From a virus, in IMG/VR virus record IMGVR_UViG_3300009506_000025, positions 8,808 to 72,807 of that record: 64,000 nucleotides of DNA. One strand, given 5' to 3'. Shown here piece after piece: positions 40,201 through 48,584 of this stretch (position 1 is its first letter; the number at the start of each line of letters is the position of its first letter). The notes under the pieces were generated by a model. That model was not told where the DNA came from. It worked only from the letters and a program-made list of their open reading frames with translations, and searched no databases. Both the position numbers and the translations under genes were made by a program.

Positions 40201-40891
40201 CGACCGGCCCGGCGGCCGGACAGCCCAGACGCTGCGTGCCCTGAACTCCAGCCTGGGGCAGGACCCCAACGACGAGTACATCCCCAGCTTCCTCCGGGAG
40301 ACGATCGCGGCGAGGATCGGCGGAACGCCCCAGGCGGCGCACTTCATCAGGGGCTCGGGTATCCCGGTCGAGGACCTCAACAAGATCGTGGTCGGGAGCC
40401 CCACCCGGACGGCCAAGAAGTTCGCCTCGTTCCTGCACCCCGCGCTCCTGGCAGGCCCCGAGGCGGCACTCAACGAGCAATTCTTCACCGGGAGGGAACT
40501 GACGGACCTCGAACCGATCACCGGAAACAGGCTCCTCGACTTTCTCATTGCACGCTCACCGGGCTCGCGCGTGGTAAGCGAGTTCCGCGGGTTGGCCGAC
40601 GAGCGGAAGGCGTACTGGCAGCGGCTGTTGAACGCTACTACGGGAATCAAGACGGCCACCTACGACACGGAGTATTGGCGGACCAGGGACCTCAAGTCGG
40701 CCCTGGAGCGGCTGATGGCGGAGGACCCCCTGATCAAGGAGTCTACCTACCAGTGGGTTGTCAAGTCGGAACGGGAGACGGCGGCCGGGAAGGAATCGGC
40801 TAAGCTGCTGAGCCAGAAACGTAAGCTCTTGGCCAAGCTGGCAGAACTCCGCCGGCAAAAGGACCTTCAGTCACAAAAGGAGGGTAAGTGA
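37295..40891 (+). CDS. Large putative internal virion/DNA ejection protein
   Basis: 1198 aa helical; GFGTEVALDPL near the N-terminus and AHTRNLVS, AQFDYS..ER...LFYQW patterns, recalled from podovirus-like large virion proteins. Confidence 0.6.
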   Translation: MATIPRPKLPKLTLGGANAAIKLPKAPSQADLSPEEEHGLLSEILRTSLGGVQYIGESLDKPGSAVRGFLATGDPSQLIHAVPFSETLGIDTEKKYSGRELLHKLGLASKNKPGFRGDVLGDLAGFGTEVALDPLWLLAGLPLVKGAVKGGEVGVKAIASAKTLGEAQKAFKAGSEAIKAGEQVLGRVPPTVPAALSKQIRQGVRGVVGLRIPGTKEPFVTFGAGSKFVPWVIDHTAYGRYSPIQWMRGLFSRSSGAKSVYQFGKGGIARAYDLAYAERMLRDDLVLELSSKMDQKAAGLFKHLAQIAEHHGGLGDTSAVDGFNRLLAELQSGMPKGKQFAQLFRESMQIPENIPLDQLVEVLDGQTQQLHTYIDMVLDLQNQGYHRVLDLGGHGELLEDLYVQHTARSRSMISQLRKEGKQYRERANFQPATRRKDIYRDVPGGSTTINGIAHDARLTGTKGLDKEAKIALKATIRQDLKNLGVDMPKNSTLEDLQGNLMWHQYIKRQLHDAWDKKITDPLGNATDDLGNTRFYKDGPLRGSPINRENEVRLWTDDEMRVPARVPADQEPFMERIPPKIERMVKRFSGMDPRVRERGIFDKAIMDDALEYTKAIHEWESTLRSAHHLLGQPGVVRKAAEGLGPGGKDTWQSLREVWQNTRVHYPGKKKGRRVLTDRGLETFVRENAEQLGIGADVLADPKRFTEAIDNLRVAPKVDRMLHSLMQTSLPQTQTEIGKLVDKVNSLWKGWLFTPWIAAHTRNLVSGLYQSWSDGHVSLPELLRGYYAAYKFLKKGGKLESLALLQREGILTKVGYLGDVLTPEALKEFGLPEGGVKWVAERYLHPIKAIREGGKTKYGPLNIPTALDPFAQRGWRKATPEARALGLGVPTNIPMETGERAYKLVEFLNRAGYAEALLKKGYTPSEIKHLVTRAQFDYSAMSHFERSYLSRAVLFYQWPRNNLPFTLSKLIDRPGGRTAQTLRALNSSLGQDPNDEYIPSFLRETIAARIGGTPQAAHFIRGSGIPVEDLNKIVVGSPTRTAKKFASFLHPALLAGPEAALNEQFFTGRELTDLEPITGNRLLDFLIARSPGSRVVSEFRGLADERKAYWQRLLNATTGIKTATYDTEYWRTRDLKSALERLMAEDPLIKESTYQWVVKSERETAAGKESAKLLSQKRKLLAKLAELRRQKDLQSQKEGK

Positions 40892-41082
40892 TGGCCAAGA
40901 CCCACTGGATCGCCGGGGCGATCAAAAACCCCGGGGCCCTGACCAGGACGGCGAAGCGGGCGGGGAAGACGGTGGCCCAATACACAGCGCATCCCCCCAA
41001 GAACGCCAGCGCCAAGACGAAGCGGCGGATCGCCCTGGCTAAGACCCTGCGGAAGCTGGCAAAGCGGCGGAAGCACAACTAA
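40888..41082 (+). CDS. Small basic phage protein
   Basis: WIAGAIKNPGAL...RIALAKTLRKL; AGGAGG RBS. Confidence 0.7.
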   Translation: MMAKTHWIAGAIKNPGALTRTAKRAGKTVAQYTAHPPKNASAKTKRRIALAKTLRKLAKRRKHN

Positions 41083-41602
41083 CGCCCCTCAATTCCTCCA
41101 TAAGGAGGCGATGGAGGCGCTTACCATGCGCCCCGCGTGTAATTGTCTGATTACATGCTCTGGAAAACACCGAAGCGTCAAAGGCATCCGAGCAACTGTA
41201 GTATGGTTTTCCATTTGGCAATAGCGTAGGGCAGACGGCGCGGCGAGCCGCTAGCCGTGCGAACTTGGGGGTGCGTAGGAGGAGCCCAGAAGGTTCGCGC
41301 AGGCACGCTCTTGCGGCAGAGGCCCGGAAGCAATCCTTTCCAGTGCGCAGGTACTTCTCTACGGAGGGAGGCCGATCCCAAAGGTCAACAACGTCCAGGG
41401 CACATAGCCTGGAAAAGTGACGGAAAATCCCGCTAGCGTTGATGGCTGCCAGATAGTCAATATCGGTCTTCCAGCGGACACGGTAGGCAATGTCCCCCCT
41501 GGCGGCACCTAGAGCTACGATGGCAGTATAGTGTGGCTTGAGGCCAACCACCGCATCCCAGTCCGTAGGGCCAAATATCCACCCGTACTTCCACCTGCTC
41601 AC
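41039..41602 (-). CDS. Hypothetical phage protein
   Basis: RHFSRLCALDVVDLWD..VEKYLRTG; coupled to the recombinase stop. Confidence 0.5.
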   Translation of the reverse strand: MSRWKYGWIFGPTDWDAVVGLKPHYTAIVALGAARGDIAYRVRWKTDIDYLAAINASGIFRHFSRLCALDVVDLWDRPPSVEKYLRTGKDCFRASAARACLREPSGLLLRTPKFARLAARRAVCPTLLPNGKPYYSCSDAFDASVFSRACNQTITRGAHGKRLHRLLMEELRGVSCASAALPASAGS

Positions 41603-42555
41603 TGAAACATCCTCCGGTAGCGGTTGAGGTTATCCATGCCCGGACGTTTGGCGGGCCCTCTCCTCCGGGCGGCCAGAAGATCCTTGGCCTCCTGCTCCTG
41701 CTCGGGTGTGGCTGGCTTATCCCATAGATCAGAGCCCTTGGCCAGGCGCTTGACGTGCCACCAGAAAGCCGAGTAGAGCGAGTAGGTCCGGTAGACGTGG
41801 TAGCCGTTCTCGACCGCTTGGGCGCACCAGAGCCGCCCCTCTTTGTTCCTCTCCTGCCTCCGGTAGAAGTCCTCGGCGATCGCAATCATCGCCTCGCCGC
41901 TGCTGTAGCGGAGGAAGATCTCCTGGATCAGGGCGCACTGCTTGTCGTCCCAGATGTCGAGCTTGCCGCATCCGTTCTTCCTCCCCGGGGGCGGAGGCCC
42001 TTTCATGGCCACCCTCCGCTTGGCAGGGCCCCCGCTGACGCCCATGGCCAGGCCGTGGGCGCGGCGGTACTTGTACTCCGCCTTGATCGTCTCGGAGAGC
42101 TGCTCGCTGAATAGCTGGGCCATCCCGGCGTAGATCGCCAGGAAGATGCCGCCCATCACCGTGTCCAGGTCGAAGCAGAGGCCCCCCATATCGAGAATAT
42201 GGAGGTTCACGCCGCGGTCCAGCAGGAACCGGACGCAGTTGATCCCCTCGTGCATACTCCGTTCCAGCCGGTCGAGTCGCCAGACAAACATGTGATCCTC
42301 GCGCTCGATCGCGTCCAGGAGTTTCGCCAACTCGGGTCGGCGCTTCCGGTCATACCACCGGGTCTTGGTGGCTGAGCGGCCCTCGTCGCAGTAGAAAAAG
42401 ACCTCCAGGGCCTTGCCGGTGCGGGGGTCGGTGGGCCAGAGCTGCGTAGCTCGCTCCAGGACCAGCTCCCGCTGCTTCTCGGGGGAGGCTACCTGTTCGA
42501 GGGTTGAGGCCCGGACGTAGCCGAAGACTCGGGCCTTGGGGTGTAGTTTGCTCAT
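41599..42555 (-). CDS. Serine recombinase (resolvase/integrase family)
   Basis: FGYVRASTLEQ..S...Q, DEGRSA, RPEL, VWRLDRLERS. Confidence 0.92.
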   Translation of the reverse strand: MSKLHPKARVFGYVRASTLEQVASPEKQRELVLERATQLWPTDPRTGKALEVFFYCDEGRSATKTRWYDRKRRPELAKLLDAIEREDHMFVWRLDRLERSMHEGINCVRFLLDRGVNLHILDMGGLCFDLDTVMGGIFLAIYAGMAQLFSEQLSETIKAEYKYRRAHGLAMGVSGGPAKRRVAMKGPPPPGRKNGCGKLDIWDDKQCALIQEIFLRYSSGEAMIAIAEDFYRRQERNKEGRLWCAQAVENGYHVYRTYSLYSAFWWHVKRLAKGSDLWDKPATPEQEQEAKDLLAARRRGPAKRPGMDNLNRYRRMFQ

Positions 42556-43235
42556 GGTTTCACTCCATTCACCCGTACTAAGGCAGTAAGGTAGCGGAGG
42601 GGCCGCCGCTTCCCCTCCGCATTGACGAGATTGTCGCCGTTCACGGCAAGCAACTTGCGATCGGCTTTGCGGCGGAGGTAGATCTCCTTGTTAGAGCTGA
42701 TCCAGCGGTATCCGTGGGGGTGGGGAAAGAAGTAGGTCTCCCCGTAGAAGTGATAGCGGAGGCCCCGGTGGGAGATGAACCCCCAGCTCTCCACGCACGG
42801 CTGGTAGATGTACTTGGTGTACGTGCAGCGGCTTGAGTACCTGCCCTCGTTGTGCGTGAGAACAATGAGTGGACTGCCGTTTATCCCGGCAAGCCCAGCG
42901 CAGGCCGCAATCCAGTTCTTATACCTCGGACAAGCCTCCCGGCCCCTTTCGAGGGCCCATCGCGCCTGCATTGGCCCTAGAGGGATCAGGTGTCGCCGGC
43001 ACCTTAGTCGCTCCTGAAGTGGAGGCGGCCAGCGCCTACTGCGGCGCCTGGCACGCCGTTTTGCCTTGACGATGGCCGCGGGGATCGTGTCGTGGAGCCT
43101 CCCGAAGAGTTTTAGCGCCTGGTAGTGCTTCTTGATAGAGCGGGATTCAAGGCACTCGGCGCTGCTCATATCCGCGATCTGGGCAGCCCAGATCAGGTCC
43201 TCGAACCCCGTGATTGCTCTGGTAGTTGTGGGCAT
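42552..43235 (-). CDS. Hypothetical basic protein
   Basis: Coupled to the recombinase start; start position uncertain. Confidence 0.5.
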   Translation of the reverse strand: MPTTTRAITGFEDLIWAAQIADMSSAECLESRSIKKHYQALKLFGRLHDTIPAAIVKAKRRARRRSRRWPPPLQERLRCRRHLIPLGPMQARWALERGREACPRYKNWIAACAGLAGINGSPLIVLTHNEGRYSSRCTYTKYIYQPCVESWGFISHRGLRYHFYGETYFFPHPHGYRWISSNKEIYLRRKADRKLLAVNGDNLVNAEGKRRPLRYLTALVRVNGVKP

Positions 43236-43447
43236 GATTCTTTCCAGCATTCTCGAAGGGAACGGATAAACTGCTCCAGGCCCGCGGCAGCGGTGCAGAG
43301 CAAGAATGCACGATTGACGATCTTGGGTTCCTCGAACTCAGGGATTCCCCCCTCCGTTTTCAGCGTGCCGCAGCGCGGGCACCAGAAGACCTTGGGCAGG
43401 CCGCCGTTCACTCGCTGCATCGTGTGGTCGCAGGTTTTGCAGGCCAT
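43193..43447 (-). CDS. Small zinc-finger protein
   Basis: CKTC..WCPRCG. Confidence 0.6.
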   Translation of the reverse strand: MACKTCDHTMQRVNGGLPKVFWCPRCGTLKTEGGIPEFEEPKIVNRAFLLCTAAAGLEQFIRSLRECWKESCPQLPEQSRGSRT

Positions 43448-43451
43448 GTTC

Positions 43452-43679
43452 TTAATCTCCAGTCTTGATATCTGTGTGATCCTCGTACCAGGCGCAATCG
43501 TTGCAGATTACTCGCGGATCATAAGGTTCGCTCTCATGCTGATGGGGGCGCCCATAGACTTCACCGCTCTGCGATACCGCGAGGTAAGCATAGTGCGTCA
43601 CGTCGCAGGCGTAGACTAGGCACTCGCTTCCGCACTGCGGACATACGGCCTTGCCGTCCTGTACCCTGACTTGCGTCAT
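43452..43679 (-). CDS. Small zinc-ribbon protein
   Basis: CPQCG..CNDC; AAGGAG RBS. Confidence 0.65.
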   Translation of the reverse strand: MTQVRVQDGKAVCPQCGSECLVYACDVTHYAYLAVSQSGEVYGRPHQHESEPYDPRVICNDCAWYEDHTDIKTGD

Positions 43680-43696
43680 CGCTCACTCCTTTCGTG

Positions 43697-43972
43697 TTAG
43701 AAGTTGCACATATTCTCCACCCAGCGGTTCGGGTCCTTGGACTTGAGGAATCGCTTTGCAGGCTCCAGCAGTTCGCCCACATTGACCCCCAGAACTTGCT
43801 CGGCAATCGTCACCAGGGCCGAGGGATAGGTTATGAAAGCGAGTTCGGCCGCTACCTTTCCTCGCTCCTCCCCGGAGAGATTGTGGTCAGCTTTGGCTGT
43901 CACCACCAGCAGAGACGCTATCCGGTTGGTCCACATCGCCCTCTCCGACTCGGTCCACTCCATCTTGGCCAT
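43697..43972 (-). CDS. Hypothetical protein
   Basis: AGGAGG RBS before MAKMEW. Confidence 0.6.
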   Translation of the reverse strand: MAKMEWTESERAMWTNRIASLLVVTAKADHNLSGEERGKVAAELAFITYPSALVTIAEQVLGVNVGELLEPAKRFLKSKDPNRWVENMCNF

Positions 43973-44246
43973 CACTATCCTCCTTTCGAGGTTCGGGTTT
44001 CCGCTCTCCGCTTCCAAGGACCTTGTCGATCCGTGCTCTTAGGTTCGGCGGTAATTCCCAGCCGCCGGGTATAGTGCGCGCCTGCTCGGCCCGCAGCTTG
44101 GCTCTTTCCTGGGCAATCTCCGTAGAGAGCCCCTGTGCCCAGACCGTCCCGGGGATCAGGTGCAGCGAGGCTTCCCCTACGGAAGGCCCCGCGTACACAT
44201 TGATCCCCGTGGAGATCCTGGTCACGCAGTAGATGGTTTCGATCAT
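43887..44246 (-). CDS. Hypothetical protein
   Basis: Start MIETIY coupled to the upstream stop. Confidence 0.45.
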   Translation of the reverse strand: MIETIYCVTRISTGINVYAGPSVGEASLHLIPGTVWAQGLSTEIAQERAKLRAEQARTIPGGWELPPNLRARIDKVLGSGERKPEPRKEDSDGQDGVDRVGEGDVDQPDSVSAGGDSQS

Positions 44247-44425
44247 TGCTTCTCCTCTGAGATCAGGCAGATGAGGTGATCCCCGGCCCATTTCTTCAGC
44301 TTGTCTTCCGGGAACACGTCCTCGGGTTTCATGTTCTCTCCGATCCACGTCATGGCCTTGGCAAGGAGCGCGTCAGATACCATAGCGTTTCGGAATAGAA
44401 CCTTTGGGGAATTCCAGCTACTCAT
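44243..44425 (-). CDS. 60-aa protein, tandem paralog of 44427-44600
   Basis: VSDALLAKAMTWIGENMKPEDVFPEDKLKKWA. Confidence 0.7.
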   Translation of the reverse strand: MSSWNSPKVLFRNAMVSDALLAKAMTWIGENMKPEDVFPEDKLKKWAGDHLICLISEEKQ

Positions 44426-44426
44426 T

Positions 44427-44600
44427 TCATTCCTCCTCGTAATGAAGCCCATTGTCCAGTGCCCACGTTTCCAGCTCCGATTCACCAAACACATCTTCGG
44501 GTTTCAGATTCTCCGCGATCCAGTCTATCGCTTCGTCGAGCAGGGAATCTGATACGATGAACTCCTTGAACTTCTTGTTGGCGGAAAAACTGACGGTCAT
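44427..44600 (-). CDS. 57-aa acidic protein (not in ORF track)
   Basis: MTVSFSANKKFKEFIVSDSLLDEAIDWIAENLKPEDVFGESELETWALDNGLHYEEE. Confidence 0.7.
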   Translation of the reverse strand: MTVSFSANKKFKEFIVSDSLLDEAIDWIAENLKPEDVFGESELETWALDNGLHYEEE

Positions 44601-44601
44601 C

Positions 44602-45891
44602 TCACTTATCCTCCATCACGAGTTTGGTAATCCAGTCCGGTACGCGATCGGCGCGATGCTTTCGTGTGAGGCACGCCACCACGGCGGGCTGGAGACGGTG
44701 CCTGGGCCAGCCGGTGTCTCCATCGGTGACCACGATGATTGCGTTGGGGGCCGGGCGGAGCTTTGCCGCCTCTTCGATCAGCCGCCCCATATCGGTGCCC
44801 CCGCCGCCCGCCAGCTTGACATCCTGGGCGCGGAAGACCTTTTGGGTGGATCGGATACAGGTGTCCCCGGCCACCACCGTCAGCCCCTCGGCGGGGACGT
44901 TCCTGAGCCCCTGGGCGATCAGCCCCAGTCCCTTCTCCAGGTCGGCGGTGCCCATCGACCCCGAGGTATCCACGCCCACGACCACCCGGGGCATCGGTTT
45001 GTGCTGGGCAGGGAGTCGCAGTCCACCGGGCGGGGACCTCCGGGGGAACTTCTTCCAGGTATAGTCCCCTCGGCCGTTCTCGTGGTGAGCAGCGAACCGG
45101 ACCAGGGAAGGGAGAACCTTCCAGGGGTCCACGGTGGGGTGGAGTTTCTGCTGGGCGAACCGGGTCAAGTAGCCCGGTACGTCGCCCCGCCCCGAGGCCC
45201 CCTCGACCCGCTGGGCGACGTCACGCTCCAACATCTCCCGGTTGAAGGCATCCATGCCGGGGGTGTCGCACTGATCCGGTGGAGGGTCATCCCAGGGGCG
45301 TTTCCGGCCATCGGCCCCGCTGCCCCCTCCCTGCCTCCCAGGCTCGGGAGGCTCAGAGGGCTCTGTGGAGACATCCTGGCCGCCTCCCTCTCCGCCGCCT
45401 CTGCCTTCTCCGCTCCCGGGCTTCGGCTTTCCCTGCTGCTGGGGGAGCTGGTCGTAATACTGCTCCACCGAGAGGTTGGGCTCCAGCCCGAACTTCTCGG
45501 GGATCAGCCAGTCCTTGCCGATGGGAACCCTGCACTCCCGGACTACCTGGTTTACCACCAGGTCCGCGGCGATGTTCCACCGCTTCCAATCCCCCTCCGT
45601 GGCAGCGGCCCCCACATGCGCCTCGGCCCGCTCGAAGTGGCGCAGGAGGACGTGGAGGGCCTCGTGCAGGATCATCCCCGAGCACTCGTCGATTTCCCGC
45701 TCTGCGAATACTGCGGGGTCGTAATAGAGCCTCATGTACTCGTCCACGGCCAGCGTCCCCATGCCCGGCCTTTCGACCGGGATGAGCGACGCTACGTGGC
45801 TGTAGAGGTACGGGGCATAGACGTTGGTGCGATACCTGGCTTCGCAGAGCCCAAAGGGGTACTGCTTGGCCGGTTTACTGGTGCGCTTCAT
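44602..45891 (-). CDS. DUF2201-type HExxH metallopeptidase-vWA protein
   Basis: ILHEALHVLLRH, WNIAADLVVN, MIDAS DTSGSM, GGGGTDM, VVTDG. Confidence 0.9.
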   Translation of the reverse strand: MKRTSKPAKQYPFGLCEARYRTNVYAPYLYSHVASLIPVERPGMGTLAVDEYMRLYYDPAVFAEREIDECSGMILHEALHVLLRHFERAEAHVGAAATEGDWKRWNIAADLVVNQVVRECRVPIGKDWLIPEKFGLEPNLSVEQYYDQLPQQQGKPKPGSGEGRGGGEGGGQDVSTEPSEPPEPGRQGGGSGADGRKRPWDDPPPDQCDTPGMDAFNREMLERDVAQRVEGASGRGDVPGYLTRFAQQKLHPTVDPWKVLPSLVRFAAHHENGRGDYTWKKFPRRSPPGGLRLPAQHKPMPRVVVGVDTSGSMGTADLEKGLGLIAQGLRNVPAEGLTVVAGDTCIRSTQKVFRAQDVKLAGGGGTDMGRLIEEAAKLRPAPNAIIVVTDGDTGWPRHRLQPAVVACLTRKHRADRVPDWITKLVMEDK

Positions 45892-46190
45892 CTCTCCCTC
45901 CTTTCTAATGCGGCACTGCCCCCAGAGGCTTTACGGTCCTCTAGCACCTTAACCACCTCGGCTCTGTCCTCGTCTTTTCGCTCCTGGAACCACTTGTGGG
46001 CCAGGGTCGCCCCCAGCCCGGTGATCCCGTTGGCTACTGCGCTGCTGGTGTGGCCCTCTGCCTCCAGGAGCCCACGCCACTTGGCGCTGTCGTACTTCTT
46101 CATCGTGATCACCGTCCCCACGGGGAGGTCGCGCAGGGCCGCAGCCTTCTGCTTACTGCGGCGCTGACGGTAGGCTTTGCTGCCTGGCAT
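45888..46190 (-). CDS. Hypothetical protein
   Basis: Coupled between the MoxR and vWA genes. Confidence 0.55.
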   Translation of the reverse strand: MPGSKAYRQRRSKQKAAALRDLPVGTVITMKKYDSAKWRGLLEAEGHTSSAVANGITGLGATLAHKWFQERKDEDRAEVVKVLEDRKASGGSAALERRER

Positions 46191-46192
46191 GT

Positions 46193-47413
46193 TCAGTTCC
46201 TCCCACTCGGGGTTCCACGGAGGGCCCGGTCGATGCGGGGGAAGAGTTCCTTCAGGAACTCACCGGACCACTTGGCCCCCTGCGGCATGGCCGAAGCCAG
46301 GGGCTTCGCACACGCCAGGGCCACGTCCATCGCCTGCTGGGAGGCGAGGTAGAGGATGTGCATCCCCGCTTCCCATCGCGGCGGGGTGTTGTCGGAGATC
46401 ACCGCCTGGTTGATCCCCGCCATCATGGCCATCACCTTGTCCGGGCGGTCGGGGTGATGGTAGTCCATCGGATTACCGGAGCTGAGGGCGTCCAGCGCCT
46501 TCTGGATCAGCTCCTCGGGGTCCGGGAGATCGAGGTTCTCCAGCCACTGGAACAACTCCAGGGCCACGGCCTCGCCTACCAAGCCGCGGGCGAGCTGGAG
46601 GGAGATCCCCTTCTCTGCGTTGACGCTACGCGCCGCAGCCATGCACCGGATGGTGTACTCCCAGGTCCGGGGGCTCGGCCACGGGCCGCCCTGCTGCATC
46701 CGATCCTCGGGGAACTGGCTCAGTCGGCCGGGCAGGTGGCGGTGAAACGCGGAAACCAGTCCACCGATCCCCACGATATGCTGCTCCCAGTCGTCCGGGA
46801 GGACGGGAAACTGCGGCGCGCCGAACTTGAGCCCGTTGGCATAGCCGTCCAGCACGGCATCCGTATCCCGCTCCCACTGGTGGTGATACAAACGATTCGC
46901 CATTGGGGGAGAGAACTCGATCCCGTTGGCCGCCTGGTCGGGAGGATTGCAGGCGCCCATTATCCAGGTGTCTTCGGGGAGTTTTAGGTCTCCCACGTAG
47001 CGCTCGACGAGAATCCTGAGCATGGCTGCCTGGACGGCCGGGGGAATGGTGGTCAGCTCGTCCAGGAAGATGATCCACTTTCTGGACTCGTCACAGCACG
47101 CGGCGGCCCACTCGGGCGGGATGATCTTCATCACGTCCCGGGAATCGCCATTGACCCCGATCTTGGCGGGGTAGGGATAGCCACCGATGTCGGCGGGGTC
47201 ACGCAGACCGCCGATCAGGGTGTAGAGGGATCGATCCACCGCATTTCCGAAAGCATAGGTGGTCATGGATTTTGCGTCCCCGGGCATCCCTATGGCCACG
47301 GGGGTCACTCCGGTCTGCACGCAGATCCAGAACGCCTCATTGGGCCAGGTCTGTCGCCCGGAGGCATTGCTCCAGGCCGGGGCGGCGGGGGCGGAGGTTG
47401 CAGCGGACATCAC
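46193..47413 (-). CDS. MoxR-like AAA+ ATPase
   Basis: GMPGDAKS, IIFLDEL, VQAAML, ACNP, PMANR, PSPRTWE. Confidence 0.9.
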   Translation of the reverse strand: MMSAATSAPAAPAWSNASGRQTWPNEAFWICVQTGVTPVAIGMPGDAKSMTTYAFGNAVDRSLYTLIGGLRDPADIGGYPYPAKIGVNGDSRDVMKIIPPEWAAACCDESRKWIIFLDELTTIPPAVQAAMLRILVERYVGDLKLPEDTWIMGACNPPDQAANGIEFSPPMANRLYHHQWERDTDAVLDGYANGLKFGAPQFPVLPDDWEQHIVGIGGLVSAFHRHLPGRLSQFPEDRMQQGGPWPSPRTWEYTIRCMAAARSVNAEKGISLQLARGLVGEAVALELFQWLENLDLPDPEELIQKALDALSSGNPMDYHHPDRPDKVMAMMAGINQAVISDNTPPRWEAGMHILYLASQQAMDVALACAKPLASAMPQGAKWSGEFLKELFPRIDRALRGTPSGRN

Positions 47414-47554
47414 AGCTCCTTTCAGTTGGGGGTTTTCCTCCAGTCAACTCGAATAAAGCCCTTGGCGTTCGGGTGTCGGCTCAGCCCCTCTCCGCCGTCC
47501 CTCGACGGCGGGTGAGGGCGGGGCGGGCGTTGATTTTCACGATAGTGGTGGCGG

Positions 47555-47746
47555 TCAATCGCCCTCGTCTTCAGAAAGTGGGCTTTCGAGTGAAGTCACC
47601 CACCATGTTTCGTCGGTCAAGTCTGTTTTTCCATTGCAGTCAGCCCACTTTACAGCTTCATCGGCCGACTCAAATGGTCCCCAAAATACTAAGCCTCCCT
47701 CAATGGGGTTCCCAGAAATTACGATGTGTTGCAGTTTGTTACTCAT
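47555..47746 (-). CDS. Small hypothetical protein
   Basis: GNPIEGGLVFWGPF; preceded by the conserved TAGCGAAAGGGAA leader. Confidence 0.65.
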   Translation of the reverse strand: MSNKLQHIVISGNPIEGGLVFWGPFESADEAVKWADCNGKTDLTDETWWVTSLESPLSEDEGD

Positions 47747-47779
47747 CGCGTTTTCCCTTTCGCTAGTGGTGGTTACTGT

Positions 47780-47980
47780 TCACTGCTTTGTTTTGTTTGC
47801 CTTCTGGCACAGCGGACATTTTCTGCATGGTTTGTTACAATGTGCCCCGTCGTAGTAGTGTTTTACTGCTTCTAGGACTCCCGAAAGTGTCTTAGATTGT
47901 ACTCGGAAGCCTCTGGCTCCCATTCCAGGGCACGATACCAGTATCGAATACCCGTAACCGTGATTACTAATAGTCAACAT
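47780..47980 (-). CDS. Small Cys/His protein
   Basis: HC..CRKCPLC; same leader motif. Confidence 0.6.
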   Translation of the reverse strand: MLTISNHGYGYSILVSCPGMGARGFRVQSKTLSGVLEAVKHYYDGAHCNKPCRKCPLCQKANKTKQ

Positions 47981-48048
47981 CGGTTTCCCTTTCGCTAGTG
48001 GTGAACCTCCCGCTCCACTCTGCGGGCGAGTTGCCGGCTTGGCCGCAA

Positions 48049-48264
48049 TTAACCGCAAAACGGAATGAATACGATATTGCCGATCTCCCACCCGATAGTA
48101 TCGCGCTTGACATAAAATCCGTAGTCAGCAGCGTATTTTTTAGCCTTGCCTTCCTCGGTGAAAACTGCTACCACCTGTCCAGAATACTGGCCCTTTAGCG
48201 GCTCGCACACCAGGTAGCGTGTGGGCCGCTCGCGTGCTGGGGTCTTCATCACCTCACCTCCCAT
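48049..48264 (-). CDS. Small hypothetical protein
   Basis: GGAGGTGAGG RBS before an internal ATG. Confidence 0.5.
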   Translation of the reverse strand: MGGEVMKTPARERPTRYLVCEPLKGQYSGQVVAVFTEEGKAKKYAADYGFYVKRDTIGWEIGNIVFIPFCG

Positions 48265-48375
48265 TGCTAGAGTTACGCTGCCGGAAGTCGGCCAGCCCCT
48301 CTCCGCCGTCCCTCGACGGCGGTGAGGGCGGGTGCTGTTTTGATTCTCATGGTATTCCCTTTCGCTAGATGGTAA

Positions 48376-48570
48376 TTACCAGTCAACCTCGATTTCGTCG
48401 GTGCCGTAAGCTAATTTGAGCCTTCCCACACAACCAGATCTTCCGCATAGTTCACAGTTCACGTCGATGTAAACTGCATCACCTTCCCAGTCAGCATGAA
48501 ATGAGCACATATCTGGAACATGCTTGCCCGACTTGGATTTGGGGCAATGATCGGGGTCTTTCTCGATCAT
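48376..48570 (-). CDS. Small Zn-binding protein
   Basis: HCPK..KH..CELCGRSGC; same leader motif. Confidence 0.65.
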   Translation of the reverse strand: MIEKDPDHCPKSKSGKHVPDMCSFHADWEGDAVYIDVNCELCGRSGCVGRLKLAYGTDEIEVDW

Positions 48571-48584
48571 GGTATTCCCTTTCG

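Noticed and set aside
38951-40480. 509-aa minus-strand ORF
   Set aside because: Antisense shadow of the 1198-aa gene in GC-rich DNA; no motifs
44452-46167. 571-aa plus-strand ORF
   Set aside because: Antisense to the well-supported vWA-peptidase gene
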